From assembly GCF_000195855.1 (NCBI RefSeq), contig NC_002677.1, positions 1,560,001 through 1,592,000 on the forward strand: 32,000 nucleotides of DNA. The letters are read 5' to 3'. The position numbers were made by a program, and so were the translations under genes. Each line of letters starts with the position of its first letter. Positions within the stretch are counted from its first letter, which is position 1. Source of the stretch: Mycobacterium leprae TN (lineage in GTDB: Bacteria; Actinomycetota; Actinomycetes; Mycobacteriales; Mycobacteriaceae). This document shows positions 22,162 to 32,000 of the stretch, in pieces. The notes below the pieces were generated by a model. The model was given only the letters and a program-made list of their open reading frames with translations, did not search any database and was not told the DNA's origin.

Positions 22162-23132
22162 CACAGCTGTCCACCCGCCTAGTGCGGCTGCTCAATATGG
22201 TGCCGTACTTCCAGGCTAACCCGCGGATTACCCGTGCGGAAGCTGCCGCCGATCTGGGAGTGTCTGCCAAGCAGCTAGACCAGGACTTCAACCAGCTGTG
22301 GGTGTGCGGTCTTCCTGGCTATGGCCCTGGTGATCTCATTGACTTCGAGTTCTCTGGTGACACCATCGAGGTGACCTTCTCAGCGGGCATTGACCGGCCT
22401 TTGCAGCTGACGTCGCCGGAGGCCATCGGCCTGTTGGTGGCGCTTCGGGCACTGGCCAACATTCCGGGAGTGGTTGATCCGGAGGCGGTGCGCAGCGCGA
22501 TCGCCAAGATCGAGGCCGCAGCGGTTGTTATGGGGAACGAGGCCACTGGATCGGTGGCCTCAGTCGATACGCGGCCGTTCTCCGAGAGTCACGCAGTGGC
22601 CGCAGTGCGTGCCGCGGTGCGGGACAAACAAGCATTGGTGATCGACTACTACTCTGCGTCACATGACACTTTGACCAGCCGGATTGTCGACCCTATCCGA
22701 GTACTCCTGGTGGGTGATCACAGTTACCTTGAGGCTTGGTCGCGCGAAGCCGAAGGGGTTCGGCTGTTCCGCTTCGACCGGATCGTGGTGGCCCGCGAGC
22801 TGGATGAGCCGGCCGCTGCACCTGAAACAGTGCGGAAGGCGCTGCCAGACACATCGTTCTTCGATGACGACCCGTTGCTGCCGTCGGCGACGCTGTGGGT
22901 AGCGCGTTCGGTGTCCTGGATATTCGAGTACTACCCGATGCGGCAGGCCCATGAGTTGCCGGATGGATCGTTCCAGGCGGTCATGACATACGCTTCGGAT
23001 GCTTGGATGACGCGCTTGGTGCTAGGATTTGGGTCGGCTGTGCAAGTACAAGCACCGGAGGCGCTCGCGTACCGCGTGCGGAATGCTGCGGTCGCTGCTC
23101 TGGAGTCCTACCAGGTTACGGCTCAGGCGTGA
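22158..23132 (+). CDS. pafC: PafC, WYL-domain transcriptional regulator
   Basis: ATGA overlap with pafB. 'MTQLSTRLVRLLNMVPYFQANPRITRAEAAADLGVSAKQLDQDFNQLWVCGLPGYGPGDLIDFEF' is typical of PafC. Confidence 0.95.
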   Translation: MTQLSTRLVRLLNMVPYFQANPRITRAEAAADLGVSAKQLDQDFNQLWVCGLPGYGPGDLIDFEFSGDTIEVTFSAGIDRPLQLTSPEAIGLLVALRALANIPGVVDPEAVRSAIAKIEAAAVVMGNEATGSVASVDTRPFSESHAVAAVRAAVRDKQALVIDYYSASHDTLTSRIVDPIRVLLVGDHSYLEAWSREAEGVRLFRFDRIVVARELDEPAAAPETVRKALPDTSFFDDDPLLPSATLWVARSVSWIFEYYPMRQAHELPDGSFQAVMTYASDAWMTRLVLGFGSAVQVQAPEALAYRVRNAAVAALESYQVTAQA

Positions 23133-23204
23133 TGCTGTGGTGCGGACGCCGATAGGTGGCGTTGCCGCGGTAGCATCCACTGGATGTCTGGAGGTAAATT
23201 TAAA

Positions 23205-23471
23205 GTGGGTAGTCTTAGTCCATGGCACTGGGTGGTCCTCGTTGTCGTAGTGGTCCTGCTGTTCGGTGCCAAGAAGCTCCCCGATGCTGCGCGCTCGTTG
23301 GGTAAGTCGATGCGCATTTTTAAGTCTGAACTACGTGAAATGCAGACCGAGAACCAGGCGCAAGCGTCTGCCCTTGAGACACCAATGCAGAACCCCACGG
23401 TTGTGCAGTCCCAGCGGGTCGTCCCGCCATGGTCGACTGAGCAGGATCACACCGAGGCGCGGCCGGCTTAG
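23205..23471 (+). CDS. tatA: Sec-independent (twin-arginine) translocase protein TatA
   Basis: GTG at 23205 gives '[46 protein letters not shown]', a TatA TM helix, hinge and amphipathic helix. An RBS 'ggaggt' lies just upstream; the track start is 23184. Confidence 0.96.
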   Translation: MGSLSPWHWVVLVVVVVLLFGAKKLPDAARSLGKSMRIFKSELREMQTENQAQASALETPMQNPTVVQSQRVVPPWSTEQDHTEARPA

Positions 23472-23537
23472 CACGGCAGCAACGTCGTAATCCTAGAGCG
23501 TCATTGACCAAACGTCGTGAACGGTTGCAGGGCTGTA

Positions 23538-24470
23538 GTGCGTGCCTGTGATCTACTCAAAAGAATCAAGCAGCATTACAGGCGCAGTCGCACCAATCCA
23601 GATGCGACGATGTCTCTGATCGACCACCTGACTGAGTTGCGAACCCGGCTACTGATCTCGTTGGCCGCGATTGTGGTCACCACGATTTTCGGGTTCATCT
23701 GGTACTCTCATTCCATCTTCGGGTTGGAGAGTCTCGGCGAGTGGTTACGGCGTCCGTACTGTTCGCTGCCGCAATCGGCACGTGCGGATATCAGCCCCGA
23801 CGGGCAGTGTCGATTGTTGGCCACAGCGCCGTTCGATCAATTCATGCTGCGAATCAAGGTTGGGATGGCCGCCGGGATCGTGCTGGCCTCCCCAGTGTGG
23901 TTTTACCAGCTCTGGGCGTTCATCACGCCAGGGCTCTACACGAAGGAACGCCGCTTCACGGTGGCTTTCGTGGTTCCAGCCGCGGTGCTGTTCGCCGGCG
24001 GTACTGTACTAGCATATTTGGTGTTATCCAAAGCGTTGGGTTTCTTGCTGATTGTCGGTAGCGGCGTGCAAGTGACCGCGCTTTCTGGTGACCGGTATTT
24101 CGGTTTTTTGTTGAACCTTCTGGTAGTTTTCGGGGTCAGCTTTGAGTTCCCGCTGTTGATCGTCATGCTCAACATCGCTGGTCTTCTGACCTATCAGCGG
24201 CTGAAGTCTTGGCGTCGTGGTCTAATATTCGCAATGTTTGTGTTCGCGGCGGTATTTACGCCCGGATCTGACCCATTTTCGATGACAGCGCTTGGCGCCG
24301 CTCTGACCGTGCTGCTCGAGCTTGCCATCCAGCTAGTTCGGCTGCACGACAAGCGCAGAGTCAAGCATGAAGCCTTAATCGCCGACGATGAAGCGTCTGT
24401 CATCGAGCCACCCTCGTCGATACCGGAGCGGTCGTATACCGCTACTAGGTCTCATGACGATGTCACATAA
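23538..24470 (+). CDS. tatC: Sec-independent translocase protein TatC
   Basis: Multi-TM ORF with '[23 protein letters not shown]', '[39 protein letters not shown]' and '[20 protein letters not shown]'. GTG at 23538 is favoured over the track start of 23517. Confidence 0.96.
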
Positions 24471-24494
24471 AGGTCCGCGCCGCGCGGCGGCAGC

Positions 24495-27257
24495 ATGACT
24501 GACCTGGCCGAGCTGGCCCGGTTCACCGCGGAATTGCCCTTCTCGCTCGACGACTTTCAGCAACGGGCGTGTGCGGCACTTGAACGTGGCCATGGTGTAC
24601 TGGTCTGCGCACCTACCGGTGCCGGTAAGACCGTGGTCGGCGAATTCGCCGTACACCTTGCGTTAGCGGCTGGTGGCAAGTGCTTCTACACCACACCGCT
24701 GAAAGCGCTGAGCAATCAAAAGTACACCGACCTCACCGCGCGCTACGGCCGGAATCGGATCGGGCTGCTGACCGGTGACCAGTCGGTGAACGGTGATTCG
24801 CCTGTGGTGGTGATGACCACCGAAGTGTTGCGTAACATGCTTTACGCTGATTCGTTTGCACTACAAGGACTTTCTCATGTGGTGATGGACGAGGTGCACT
24901 TTATTGCCGACCGAATGCGGGGTCCGGTCTGGGAGGAAGTGATCCTGCATCTGCCCGATGATGTGCGAATGGTCAGCCTGTCGGCGACGGTGAGCAACGC
25001 CGAAGAGTTCGGTGGCTGGGTCCAGACCGTGCGCGGCGATACAACTGTGGTCGTTGACGAACATCGGCCGGTGCCATTGTGGCAACACGTATTGGTGGGT
25101 AAACGGCTCTTCGACTTGTTCGATTACGACAGCAACGTCGACCAATCCCCTGTCAACCCGAATCTGTTGCGTCACATCGCACATTGCCGCGAGGCGGACC
25201 GGATGTCGGATTGGCGCAATCCCCGCCGGCGGGCGGGAAGAGGCAGCGGTGTCCGGCCGCGCTTCTACCGTTCACTTGCGCGCCCGGAGGTAATCGCGAT
25301 CCTGGACGCCGAAGGACTCTTGCCGGCGATCACGTTTGTGTTTTCCCGGTTCGGTTGTGACGCCGCAGTTCAGCAGTGCCTGCGGTCACCGCTGCGGCTG
25401 ACCAGCGAGGAGGAGCGTGCCCAGATTGCGGAGGTGATCGACCACCGTTGCGGTGATCTCGCGGACGCCGATCTGGCGGTACTCGGTTACTACGAGTGGC
25501 GAGAGGGGCTGCTGCGCGGTCTGGCGGCTCATCATGCTGGGATGTTGCCGGCATTCCGACACGCTGTCGAGGAGTTGTTCACCGCAGGACTGGTGAAGGC
25601 GGTGTTTGCCACCGAGACGTTGGCGCTGGGCATCAATATGCCCGCGCGCACGGTAGTGCTTGAGCGGTTAGTGAAATTCAACGGCAAGCAGCATGTTCCG
25701 TTGACGCCGGGAGAGTACACTCAGCTGACGGGCCGCGCAGGCAGGCGAGGCATCGATGTCGAGGGTCATGCAGTGGTGATCTGGCATCCTAGCGAAGACA
25801 CCAGCGGACCGTCCGCGGTTGCCGGCTTGGCTTCCGCCCGCACCTTTCCGCTACGTAGTTCGTTTGTGCCGTCGTACAACATGACGATTAACCTGGTACA
25901 CTGGATGAGTCCCGAGCGGGCGCACGCGCTGCTGGAGCAATCGTTTGCCCAATACCAAGCCGATCGATCCGTCGTCGGACTTGTTCGGGGCATTGAGCGT
26001 TGCACTCAGGTGCTTGGCGATATTTCCTCTGAACTGGGCGGGCCGGATGCGCCGATATTAGAATATGCTCGGCTACGTGCGCGGATCGCAGAGATGGAAC
26101 GCGCACAATCCTTCGTGTTTAGGCTGCAGCGTAAGCAGGCGGCCAACGATGTGTTGGCGGCGTTGCGGCGAGGCGACATCATCACCATCACGCATGGTCG
26201 TCACGGCGGACTGGCAGTGGTCCTCGAATCCGCCCGCGACAGCTCCAACCCGCGGCCATTGGTGCTCACCGAACACCGATGGGCGGGGCGGATTTCCTCG
26301 GCGGATTATATGGGTGCGGCCGCGCCGGTTGGGTCGATGACGTTGCCCAAGCGGGTCGAACACCGCCAGCAGCGGGTTCGTCGTGATCTAGCCTCCGCAC
26401 TGCGATCGGCTGCCACACGGTTGTCAGTTCCTGATATCGGTGATGGAGTCGATGGCGACAAAATCGGCTTCAATGACGGTGTATTGCACGATCCCGAGCT
26501 CGCGTCGTTGCGCGCGCAACTACGTCGTCATCGGTCAAATAACGCACCCGGTTTGGACACCCAGTTACAGCAGGCCGAACGCTATTTGCGCATCGAACGC
26601 TACAACGCGCAGCTGCAGCGGAAGGTGGCCGCAGCCACCAACTCGTTGGCTCGGACTTTTGATCGGATCGTCGGGCTGCTCATCGAGCGTGACTTCATCC
26701 GAGGCCCGGCTGATGATCCCCAAGTTACTGATGATGGCCGGTTGTTGGCCCGTATCTACAGCGAAAGTGATCTGTTGGTCGCTGAATGCCTGCGAACCGG
26801 TGCGTGGGCAGGCCTGCGGCCCGCGGAGTTAGCGGCTGTGGTCTCGGCGGTGCTCTACGAGACGCGTGGTGATGACGGCCCCGGTGGCCCAGTTGACGCC
26901 GAGGCGCCCACACCGCGGTTACGTCAGGCGCTGCAACACACTTCAAGGTTGTCCGCGACTTTACGCGCCGATGAGCAACGGCACCGGATCGCATTGAGCC
27001 GTGAACCCGACGACGGTTTTGTCGGTGTCATTTACTGCTGGGCTCGGACCGGTGATTTAGCGGCGGTATTAGCTGCGGCCGATGCGTCGGGCAACGGTGC
27101 GCCATTGTCAGCGGGGGATTTTGTGCGCTGGTGCCGTCAGGTGCTCGACTTATTGGATCAACTTCGCAACGCTGCCCCCGAGCCTGATTTGCGGGCCACA
27201 GCTAAGCGCGCAATCAACGATGTTCGGCGCGGCGTCGTCGCAGTTGACGCCGGGTAG
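24495..27257 (+). CDS. helY: Ski2-like DEVH-box RNA/DNA helicase HelY
   Basis: 920-aa ORF with Walker A 'APTGAGKT', 'FYTTPLKALSNQKY', 'LTGDQSVNGDSPVVVMTTEVLRNML' and DEVH in 'HVVMDEVHFI', and motif VI 'QLTGRAGRRGID'. Confidence 0.96.
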   Translation: MTDLAELARFTAELPFSLDDFQQRACAALERGHGVLVCAPTGAGKTVVGEFAVHLALAAGGKCFYTTPLKALSNQKYTDLTARYGRNRIGLLTGDQSVNGDSPVVVMTTEVLRNMLYADSFALQGLSHVVMDEVHFIADRMRGPVWEEVILHLPDDVRMVSLSATVSNAEEFGGWVQTVRGDTTVVVDEHRPVPLWQHVLVGKRLFDLFDYDSNVDQSPVNPNLLRHIAHCREADRMSDWRNPRRRAGRGSGVRPRFYRSLARPEVIAILDAEGLLPAITFVFSRFGCDAAVQQCLRSPLRLTSEEERAQIAEVIDHRCGDLADADLAVLGYYEWREGLLRGLAAHHAGMLPAFRHAVEELFTAGLVKAVFATETLALGINMPARTVVLERLVKFNGKQHVPLTPGEYTQLTGRAGRRGIDVEGHAVVIWHPSEDTSGPSAVAGLASARTFPLRSSFVPSYNMTINLVHWMSPERAHALLEQSFAQYQADRSVVGLVRGIERCTQVLGDISSELGGPDAPILEYARLRARIAEMERAQSFVFRLQRKQAANDVLAALRRGDIITITHGRHGGLAVVLESARDSSNPRPLVLTEHRWAGRISSADYMGAAAPVGSMTLPKRVEHRQQRVRRDLASALRSAATRLSVPDIGDGVDGDKIGFNDGVLHDPELASLRAQLRRHRSNNAPGLDTQLQQAERYLRIERYNAQLQRKVAAATNSLARTFDRIVGLLIERDFIRGPADDPQVTDDGRLLARIYSESDLLVAECLRTGAWAGLRPAELAAVVSAVLYETRGDDGPGGPVDAEAPTPRLRQALQHTSRLSATLRADEQRHRIALSREPDDGFVGVIYCWARTGDLAAVLAAADASGNGAPLSAGDFVRWCRQVLDLLDQLRNAAPEPDLRATAKRAINDVRRGVVAVDAG

Positions 27258-27321
27258 GCTGGATCGGAACTTCGGTTATATCCCGGATGTGTCAAGGAAG
27301 CAAGAACACTGAGGAGAAACG

Positions 27322-28140
27322 ATGAGCGAACCGCAGGGATCGGATCCGGGTAAGCAGTGGCAATCGCCCGGTGAGGGTGTGGAAAACCACTCCTCGGACC
27401 AGCCGACCCAGGCGGCATCACCCTGGCAACAGCAACCTTCAACCCAGGACTCAACCTGGCATCCGCCGGCGTACGCGTCTCCAGAATGCTACAACTATCC
27501 GCAGCTGACTGAGCCCGTCTATCCGCATCAATATCCATCGGCTACCCCCGGCTATGGGCAGCCTGGGTATTTCGGTGCCCAGTTTTCCCAGTGCGGTATA
27601 CCCGGTCAATACCCACAATCCGGCTCGCCTGGCCAGTACGGCTCGCCTGGCCAGTACGGCCCGCCTGGCCAGTACGGCCCGCCTGGCCAGTACGGCCCGC
27701 CTGGCCAGTACGGCCCGCCTGGCCAGTACGGCCCGCCTGGCCAGTACGGCCCGCCTGGCCAGTACTCACAGCAATTCCAGCCTTATGAACAACCGGGCAC
27801 GAAGGGTTTTGTCGCTCTGATCGGCAGCATCGCTGGCGTGATTGGCGTGCTGATCTTTGCTGCCATCTTGGTAACCGGCTTTTTGTGGCCAGCGTGGCTA
27901 GTCACTACCAAGTTGGATGTCAACAAGGCCCAGGCTAGTGTGCAGCAGGTCCTTACCGATGAGACTAACGGCTATGGCGCGAAAAATGTCAAAGACGTCA
28001 AGTGCAATAACGGGGCAGATCCTACCGTCAAGAAGGGTGACACCTTCGACTGCAGTGTAAGTATCGATGGCATGCAGAAGCGAGTGACGGTGACTTTTCA
28101 AGATGATAAGGGTACCTACGAGGTCGGTCGACCACAATAG
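27322..28140 (+). CDS. Proline/glycine/glutamine-rich single-TM protein with a C-terminal DUF4333-like domain (Rv2091c-like)
   Basis: Low-complexity N-terminus with GQYGPP repeats, a TM segment '[26 protein letters not shown]', then '[53 protein letters not shown]', typical of DUF4333. Confidence 0.88.
   Translation: MSEPQGSDPGKQWQSPGEGVENHSSDQPTQAASPWQQQPSTQDSTWHPPAYASPECYNYPQLTEPVYPHQYPSATPGYGQPGYFGAQFSQCGIPGQYPQSGSPGQYGSPGQYGPPGQYGPPGQYGPPGQYGPPGQYGPPGQYGPPGQYSQQFQPYEQPGTKGFVALIGSIAGVIGVLIFAAILVTGFLWPAWLVTTKLDVNKAQASVQQVLTDETNGYGAKNVKDVKCNNGADPTVKKGDTFDCSVSIDGMQKRVTVTFQDDKGTYEVGRPQ
27631..27765 (+). repeat. In-frame 18-bp tandem repeat: 7 full units plus a 9-nt partial
   Basis: One unit GGCCAGTACGGCTCGCCT at 27631-27648, six identical units GGCCAGTACGGCCCGCCT at 27649-27756, and a partial unit GGCCAGTAC at 27757-27765. 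Encodes GQY-G-(S/P)-P. Confidence 0.97.
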
Positions 28141-28144
28141 GCTG

Positions 28145-29103
28145 ACGCTCGTCACGTGGGCAGCGTGTCGAGCGTCTTCGGCAGCCGTCAGATGGGCGAT
28201 CCGATGCTCAGTTGAGTCGCTAGCTCGGCGGTGCGTTCCGGGTCCGCAGCCACACCAACGGGGTAGCACATCTGTGGGTGTGGAAAGCGTGATGAGCGCG
28301 TCGGTAGCTACCCGCATCACCGATTCTGCGGCCTGGATGTATCATGCCGCCGTCAGCATTTCGTTCACAGTACCTTTAGCCATCTCTTATCCGGGATCAT
28401 GGGCGGCGGCCAGGACCTGATCTAGCGAATCGTGCCGAACCAGCAGGGTAGCGGTCGTCTTTTCGTCGATGCCGGAAACACCTGGCAAGCCATCGGACGG
28501 ATCGCCATGCAGGAGTGCGAGTTCGGTGTACGCGATCCCGGCGCGATCCGCCGGCATGGAAAATACGTTCGGCTACCTCGGCGGGCGCGTACAAGGTGAC
28601 TTGGGACAGTTTGTGGCAGAGGTATAGCACCCGGACGGAGACGAGGGGGTAAGCTACCAACTGCAGGAAGTCCCGGTCGCTGCTGACTACTAAAGCTGGA
28701 TCTCTCCGTTCCCGAGCTGCCAGTGTGTCCAGCACCTCATCTTGATGCGCCCGCCGTTGGGATCCCTAACGCGTTCAGCAGCTGCATTATCGTGTTCACC
28801 TGCGATGTTAGGTCGTCGGGCAATTCTTCGATGTCGGCCTGGCCGCTGATTTCTTCTGCTACGCGGTGGGCCTTATACGATGGGATGAGATCGCCACGGA
28901 ATTGCGGTAGCCAATCTAGGTTGATGCATACCATCGGCCGGTTCGGTTGCTGCTGGGTGATCGCTACCGCCATCAAATCGATGACTCCGCTCACGGCGTT
29001 GACCGGCAGGCCGTCGGGAGCGGTGATAGATGACGGTGGTACCCCGAAGTATGGAGTGGAACCACATGCTGGTGCCGTCAAGCAGGAGCAAGAGTGCGGG
29101 CAT
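28145..29103 (-). pseudogene. 5'-3' exonuclease (Rv2090-like) pseudogene
   Basis: Minus-strand fragments in several frames: '[18 protein letters not shown]', '[16 protein letters not shown]', '[21 protein letters not shown]', '[36 protein letters not shown]' and 'RVATDALITLSTPTD'. Boundaries approximate. Confidence 0.85.
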
Positions 29104-29169
29104 GCCGGCCTATCCTGCCAGCGCCGCCGACGGCGCGGTTGGCCTGTGACTGCCATGGATTCCACAGAT

Positions 29170-30294
29170 TAGAAACCGAAGTGTATGCCAGGCGGCTGGC
29201 CGTGGCCGCGACTGCCGAGAACGGGCTGACCGGCCTGGTCGTCAACCTGGACTACGAACTGTGCTATCTGCGTCGGTTCGCAGGCGCAGACGTTCGAGTG
29301 GTTCACCGCGTTGGTACTGCCTGCCGCCGACGAGTCGACGATTGTGGTGCCGAGGCTGAGAGCGTTCCTTGCTCAAAACGTCAGCTGTGATGGACCTTGT
29401 TCTGGCGGTGCGGTATTGGGTCGATGGCGAGGACCCGCATCAGTTAGTGAGCGACGTTTTGTGTGGCGCTCCTGCGGCGACCGGCCGTTACCGATTCCAT
29501 GCCGGCGCTGCACCTGTTACACACTGACCAGTGTGCTTGACGTGCTACCGGGTAACTGGCTACTGACATTCTGCGTGGGTTACGGATGGTCAAGGAGGCG
29601 GCCGAGATCGGTGTACTGCACAAAGCGGGTGGTGCCCTCGATCGGGTCCATGCCCGAGTTCCGGAGTTTTTGGTTCTGAGGCTGAATTGTGGACAAGGTA
29701 GTCGCTAACATCGCTGAAGCGATTGTAGCCGAGTGACATACGGAGGTTGCGTTCGTACTCGGCGACTCCGGCCCGTATCACGAATACTCGGATCGTAAAC
29801 TGCAGGTCGGAGACATCGTCGTAGTCGACATCAGGGGCACCTAGGTGCTTCTATATTATTACGGCTTGACTCGTATACGTACCGCGTTGGCGATACCAAC
29901 AGCGAAGTGGTGTAAACAGTATTAGTATTCGGTCCTGCAACGGGACCAACGTGCGGTTTTTAAGGCGGTCAGTCCAGGTGCGACAGCGGCATAGGTCGAT
30001 GCGGTCGCACGCAAAGTGTTGCCCGTTGCTGGACTTGCGGGATATTTCGTACACTCGTACCGGGCACGGTGTCGGCCTGTCGATCTATGAAGCACCCTCA
30101 TATCGTTAGCGGCAACGATTTGCCGATGGTTGCCGGCATGGCCTTTTTGTTGAGCCGGGGATCTATTTGTCTGGGCGTTGGGATGCGCGAATCGAAGACA
30201 TCGTTGTCGTGATCGAGAATGGCGCGTTCTCGATTAACAACCGGTCGCATGAGCTGATCGTTGTGCCAGTCGTCAACGGTGTACTGGCTCGTTA
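29170..30294 (+). pseudogene. pepE: Xaa-Pro dipeptidase/cytoplasmic peptidase PepE pseudogene (Rv2089c-like)
   Basis: Ordered fragments across frames: 'ETEVYARRLAVAATAENGLTGLVVN', 'LVLPAADESTIVVPRL', 'DRVHARVPEFLV', 'GDIVVVDI', 'EPGIYLSGRWDARIEDIVVVIENGAFSINNRSHELIVVPVVNGVLAR*'. All are typical of M24-family PepE. Confidence 0.85.
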
Positions 30295-30857
30295 ATGGTC
30301 TTGCAGGACTCGAACCAGGTGCAATGGTAATTGGCAGCGGTCTTGTTGCCGGCTCCTGGAGTGTGCCGACAGCCATCGCCGTTGGCCGTCAATGCGGCGA
30401 TCAAAAACTGAACACGTGGCCGGTTAAGAGTTTACACAACCGAATAACCGTGCCAAGCCCGCGCTGTCCGCAACCGATTGCTTGATCGTTGGACCCGCAG
30501 CGGGGAAAAGTTGCAACACACGATAAATGCTCGTACACGAAATCTCGATCGTTGATGCCCAGGCTGCTGTTGGGACGCCGGATTAACCGAATCGATGTGG
30601 CCGATCCACTGCCCACAACCATCATCTCCTTCCTCCAGCGTCACTACAACGGTTTGTGAAGTGTTGCTCAGCTCGGCGAATCGCCGTTTGGTCACTACAC
30701 AACAGCACAAAACCGTTGTCTATCGCAGTCGCGGATACTCGTATGGCCAGGGCTGATCCATCTAATGTGTAGTGAGTGGTGTGCAGAAGACCGCCGTCAT
30801 CGACCAATGGCACCCGGTTCAATCGGCGTGCCAACGATTTCGCTGACTGGCCGCCCC

Positions 30858-30903
30858 AGTGCATTTGCCGCAAGATGTCGAGTGCATTTGCCGCAAGATG
30901 TCG
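30858..30903. repeat. Perfect 23-bp tandem duplication (2 copies)
   Basis: AGTGCATTTGCCGCAAGATGTCG at 30858-30880 is repeated identically at 30881-30903. Confidence 0.95.
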
Positions 30904-31138
30904 TTAGTGGTCCCGGCGATGGGATTCCAGCTCGTTACGAGGAAGCTGAACGTGCTGACTATAACATATAACAGCGCAGCTCACATGAGCGACCAAGGAG
31001 TCCTGGTAGCGCAGCGTTTTTTAACCGCTTGGGCACTAAATCGCGTGAATTCTTTTATTGGCTAATGCTACCCATACGGTGAGCACGGAGTCCGATTGCA
31101 CATAAGTCAGGGTGCCGTCCAAGCGGAGCAGGGCGGCC

Positions 31139-31410
31139 TTAGCCAGGTCGATCGTGTCTTAAATGTGGCGAAGCGATGCGTTCGAACATCGCAGTAACTG
31201 AATCAGGGTGCACAAATCCCTTGATCGGGTGGCAAAGAAACGGCTCGCCCGACATTCTGCCAAACCACCTGACTTTAGTAGGGTTCACATATACAAGCCG
31301 GCCACTTTCGTGTACGCAAATCAATCATGTGGCGGCAGTGGTCGATCAGCCGCTGGTAATGCTGCTAGACAAGCTACTCGTCACCGCGATTATTTTCGCT
31401 TCACAAACCC
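31139..31410 (-). pseudogene. PAS-domain signalling protein fragment, possibly from a GGDEF/EAL-type protein
   Basis: Minus strand 'HYQRLIDHCRHMI' + 'CVHESGRLVYVNPTKVRWFGRMSGEPFLCHPIKGFVHPDSVTAMFERIA'. This resembles a PAS core ('D.I...GR..YVNPA.....G.....G....FVHP'). The frame is broken at about 31321-31330. Confidence 0.55.
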
Positions 31411-32000
31411 GACATGCGCGTGTGAATTACCGCACTGACATGTTTGCGCGCCACGTCAAAACCTTCATCATCTTCTTCAAGTCGATGCTGTCACATATTG
31501 GCAGTAGAGTCGGTGCTGATAAGACTCAATGAGCGGTCGTAAGAAGAAATGCTGCTTAGAGCCGCTGTTGTTGGGTCATTCGCCAGCAAACCATTCATTC
31601 CTGGCAGGGTCTTACACGCTTCACCGTAGTGTGCCCGTGCACGAGGATCTCACACGTCCATCGCACTGCTACAGGGACCTGCCCTACAACCGCTTATAGG
31701 GCGTCCCCTGAATAGAACACAAATCAAAGACGACATGTGATAGGAACCCTCTTGACTCAGAGGCTCGTTGATCTGGGCGTCAGAAAAAATTTTCGGGAGC
31801 TCAAGAAAGGCCCTTATGGCGATAGTAGGCAGTTTGCACATGCATAGGCAGCAGATTACCTTAGATTACATCGACGACGATGGTTTGGTATACGAGGGTA
31901 AGGTCTATCTGGCGACCCGCAAGATGTTGTGGAGTTGGCTAGTTGAGCATTCATTGCCCGGATGAGAATGCGGGTTGCGCGCTAGAGGGCTGTACCGGTT

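Noticed and set aside
20485-22291. Minus-strand ORFs of 108-198 aa opposite pafA/pafB (20485..21081, 20871..21197, 21917..22291)
   Set aside because: Antisense to well-supported conserved genes. Their composition reflects GC3 bias of the sense strand.
23205-24470. Missing tatB as an anomaly of the tat operon
   Set aside because: Separation of tatB from tatAC is normal in mycobacteria and is not evidence of loss here.
27631-27765. Possible CRISPR array
   Set aside because: Units are 18 bp, contiguous and without spacers, in frame inside a gene, and no cas genes are nearby. The RecB/Cas4-like nuclease at 5153-6037 is a conserved standalone mycobacterial gene.
27542-27820. ORFs encoding perfect short peptide repeats (TGQAGR, TARLAS and RLAWPV-type) over the VNTR
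   Set aside because: These are alternative-frame readings of the 18-bp tandem repeat in the Rv2091c-like gene, so repetition is forced by the DNA.

Overview
This window matches Mycobacterium leprae: the products are mycobacterial, the gene order follows the M. tuberculosis Rv2124c-Rv2089c block, decayed genes are numerous, and there is a diagnostic RLEP repeat. The core is the known Pup-proteasome locus: mpa, then a decayed gap carrying RLEP, then dop-pup-prcB-prcA, then a decayed gap with vapBC, 13E12 and other remnants, then pafA-pafB-pafC. It is flanked by the metH 3' end, hisE-hisG, a RecB-like nuclease, trmI, a DUF503 gene, lppK, tatA-tatC, helY, and a DUF4333-type proline/glycine-rich protein containing an 18-bp VNTR. 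Pseudogene remnants recognisable by translation are PPE (minus strand), vapB/vapC (plus), 13E12 (minus), 5'-3' exonuclease (minus), pepE (plus) and a PAS-domain protein (minus). I found no convincing undescribed system. The items most worth a second look are two strong hairpins (10675-10714 and 1451-1498), the 23-bp and 18-bp tandem repeats, the lysine-rich PrcA tail, compensating frameshifts in the vapC remnant, and an atypical intact ORF at 12138-12617. Homology calls come from recall of family sequences, not from a database search.
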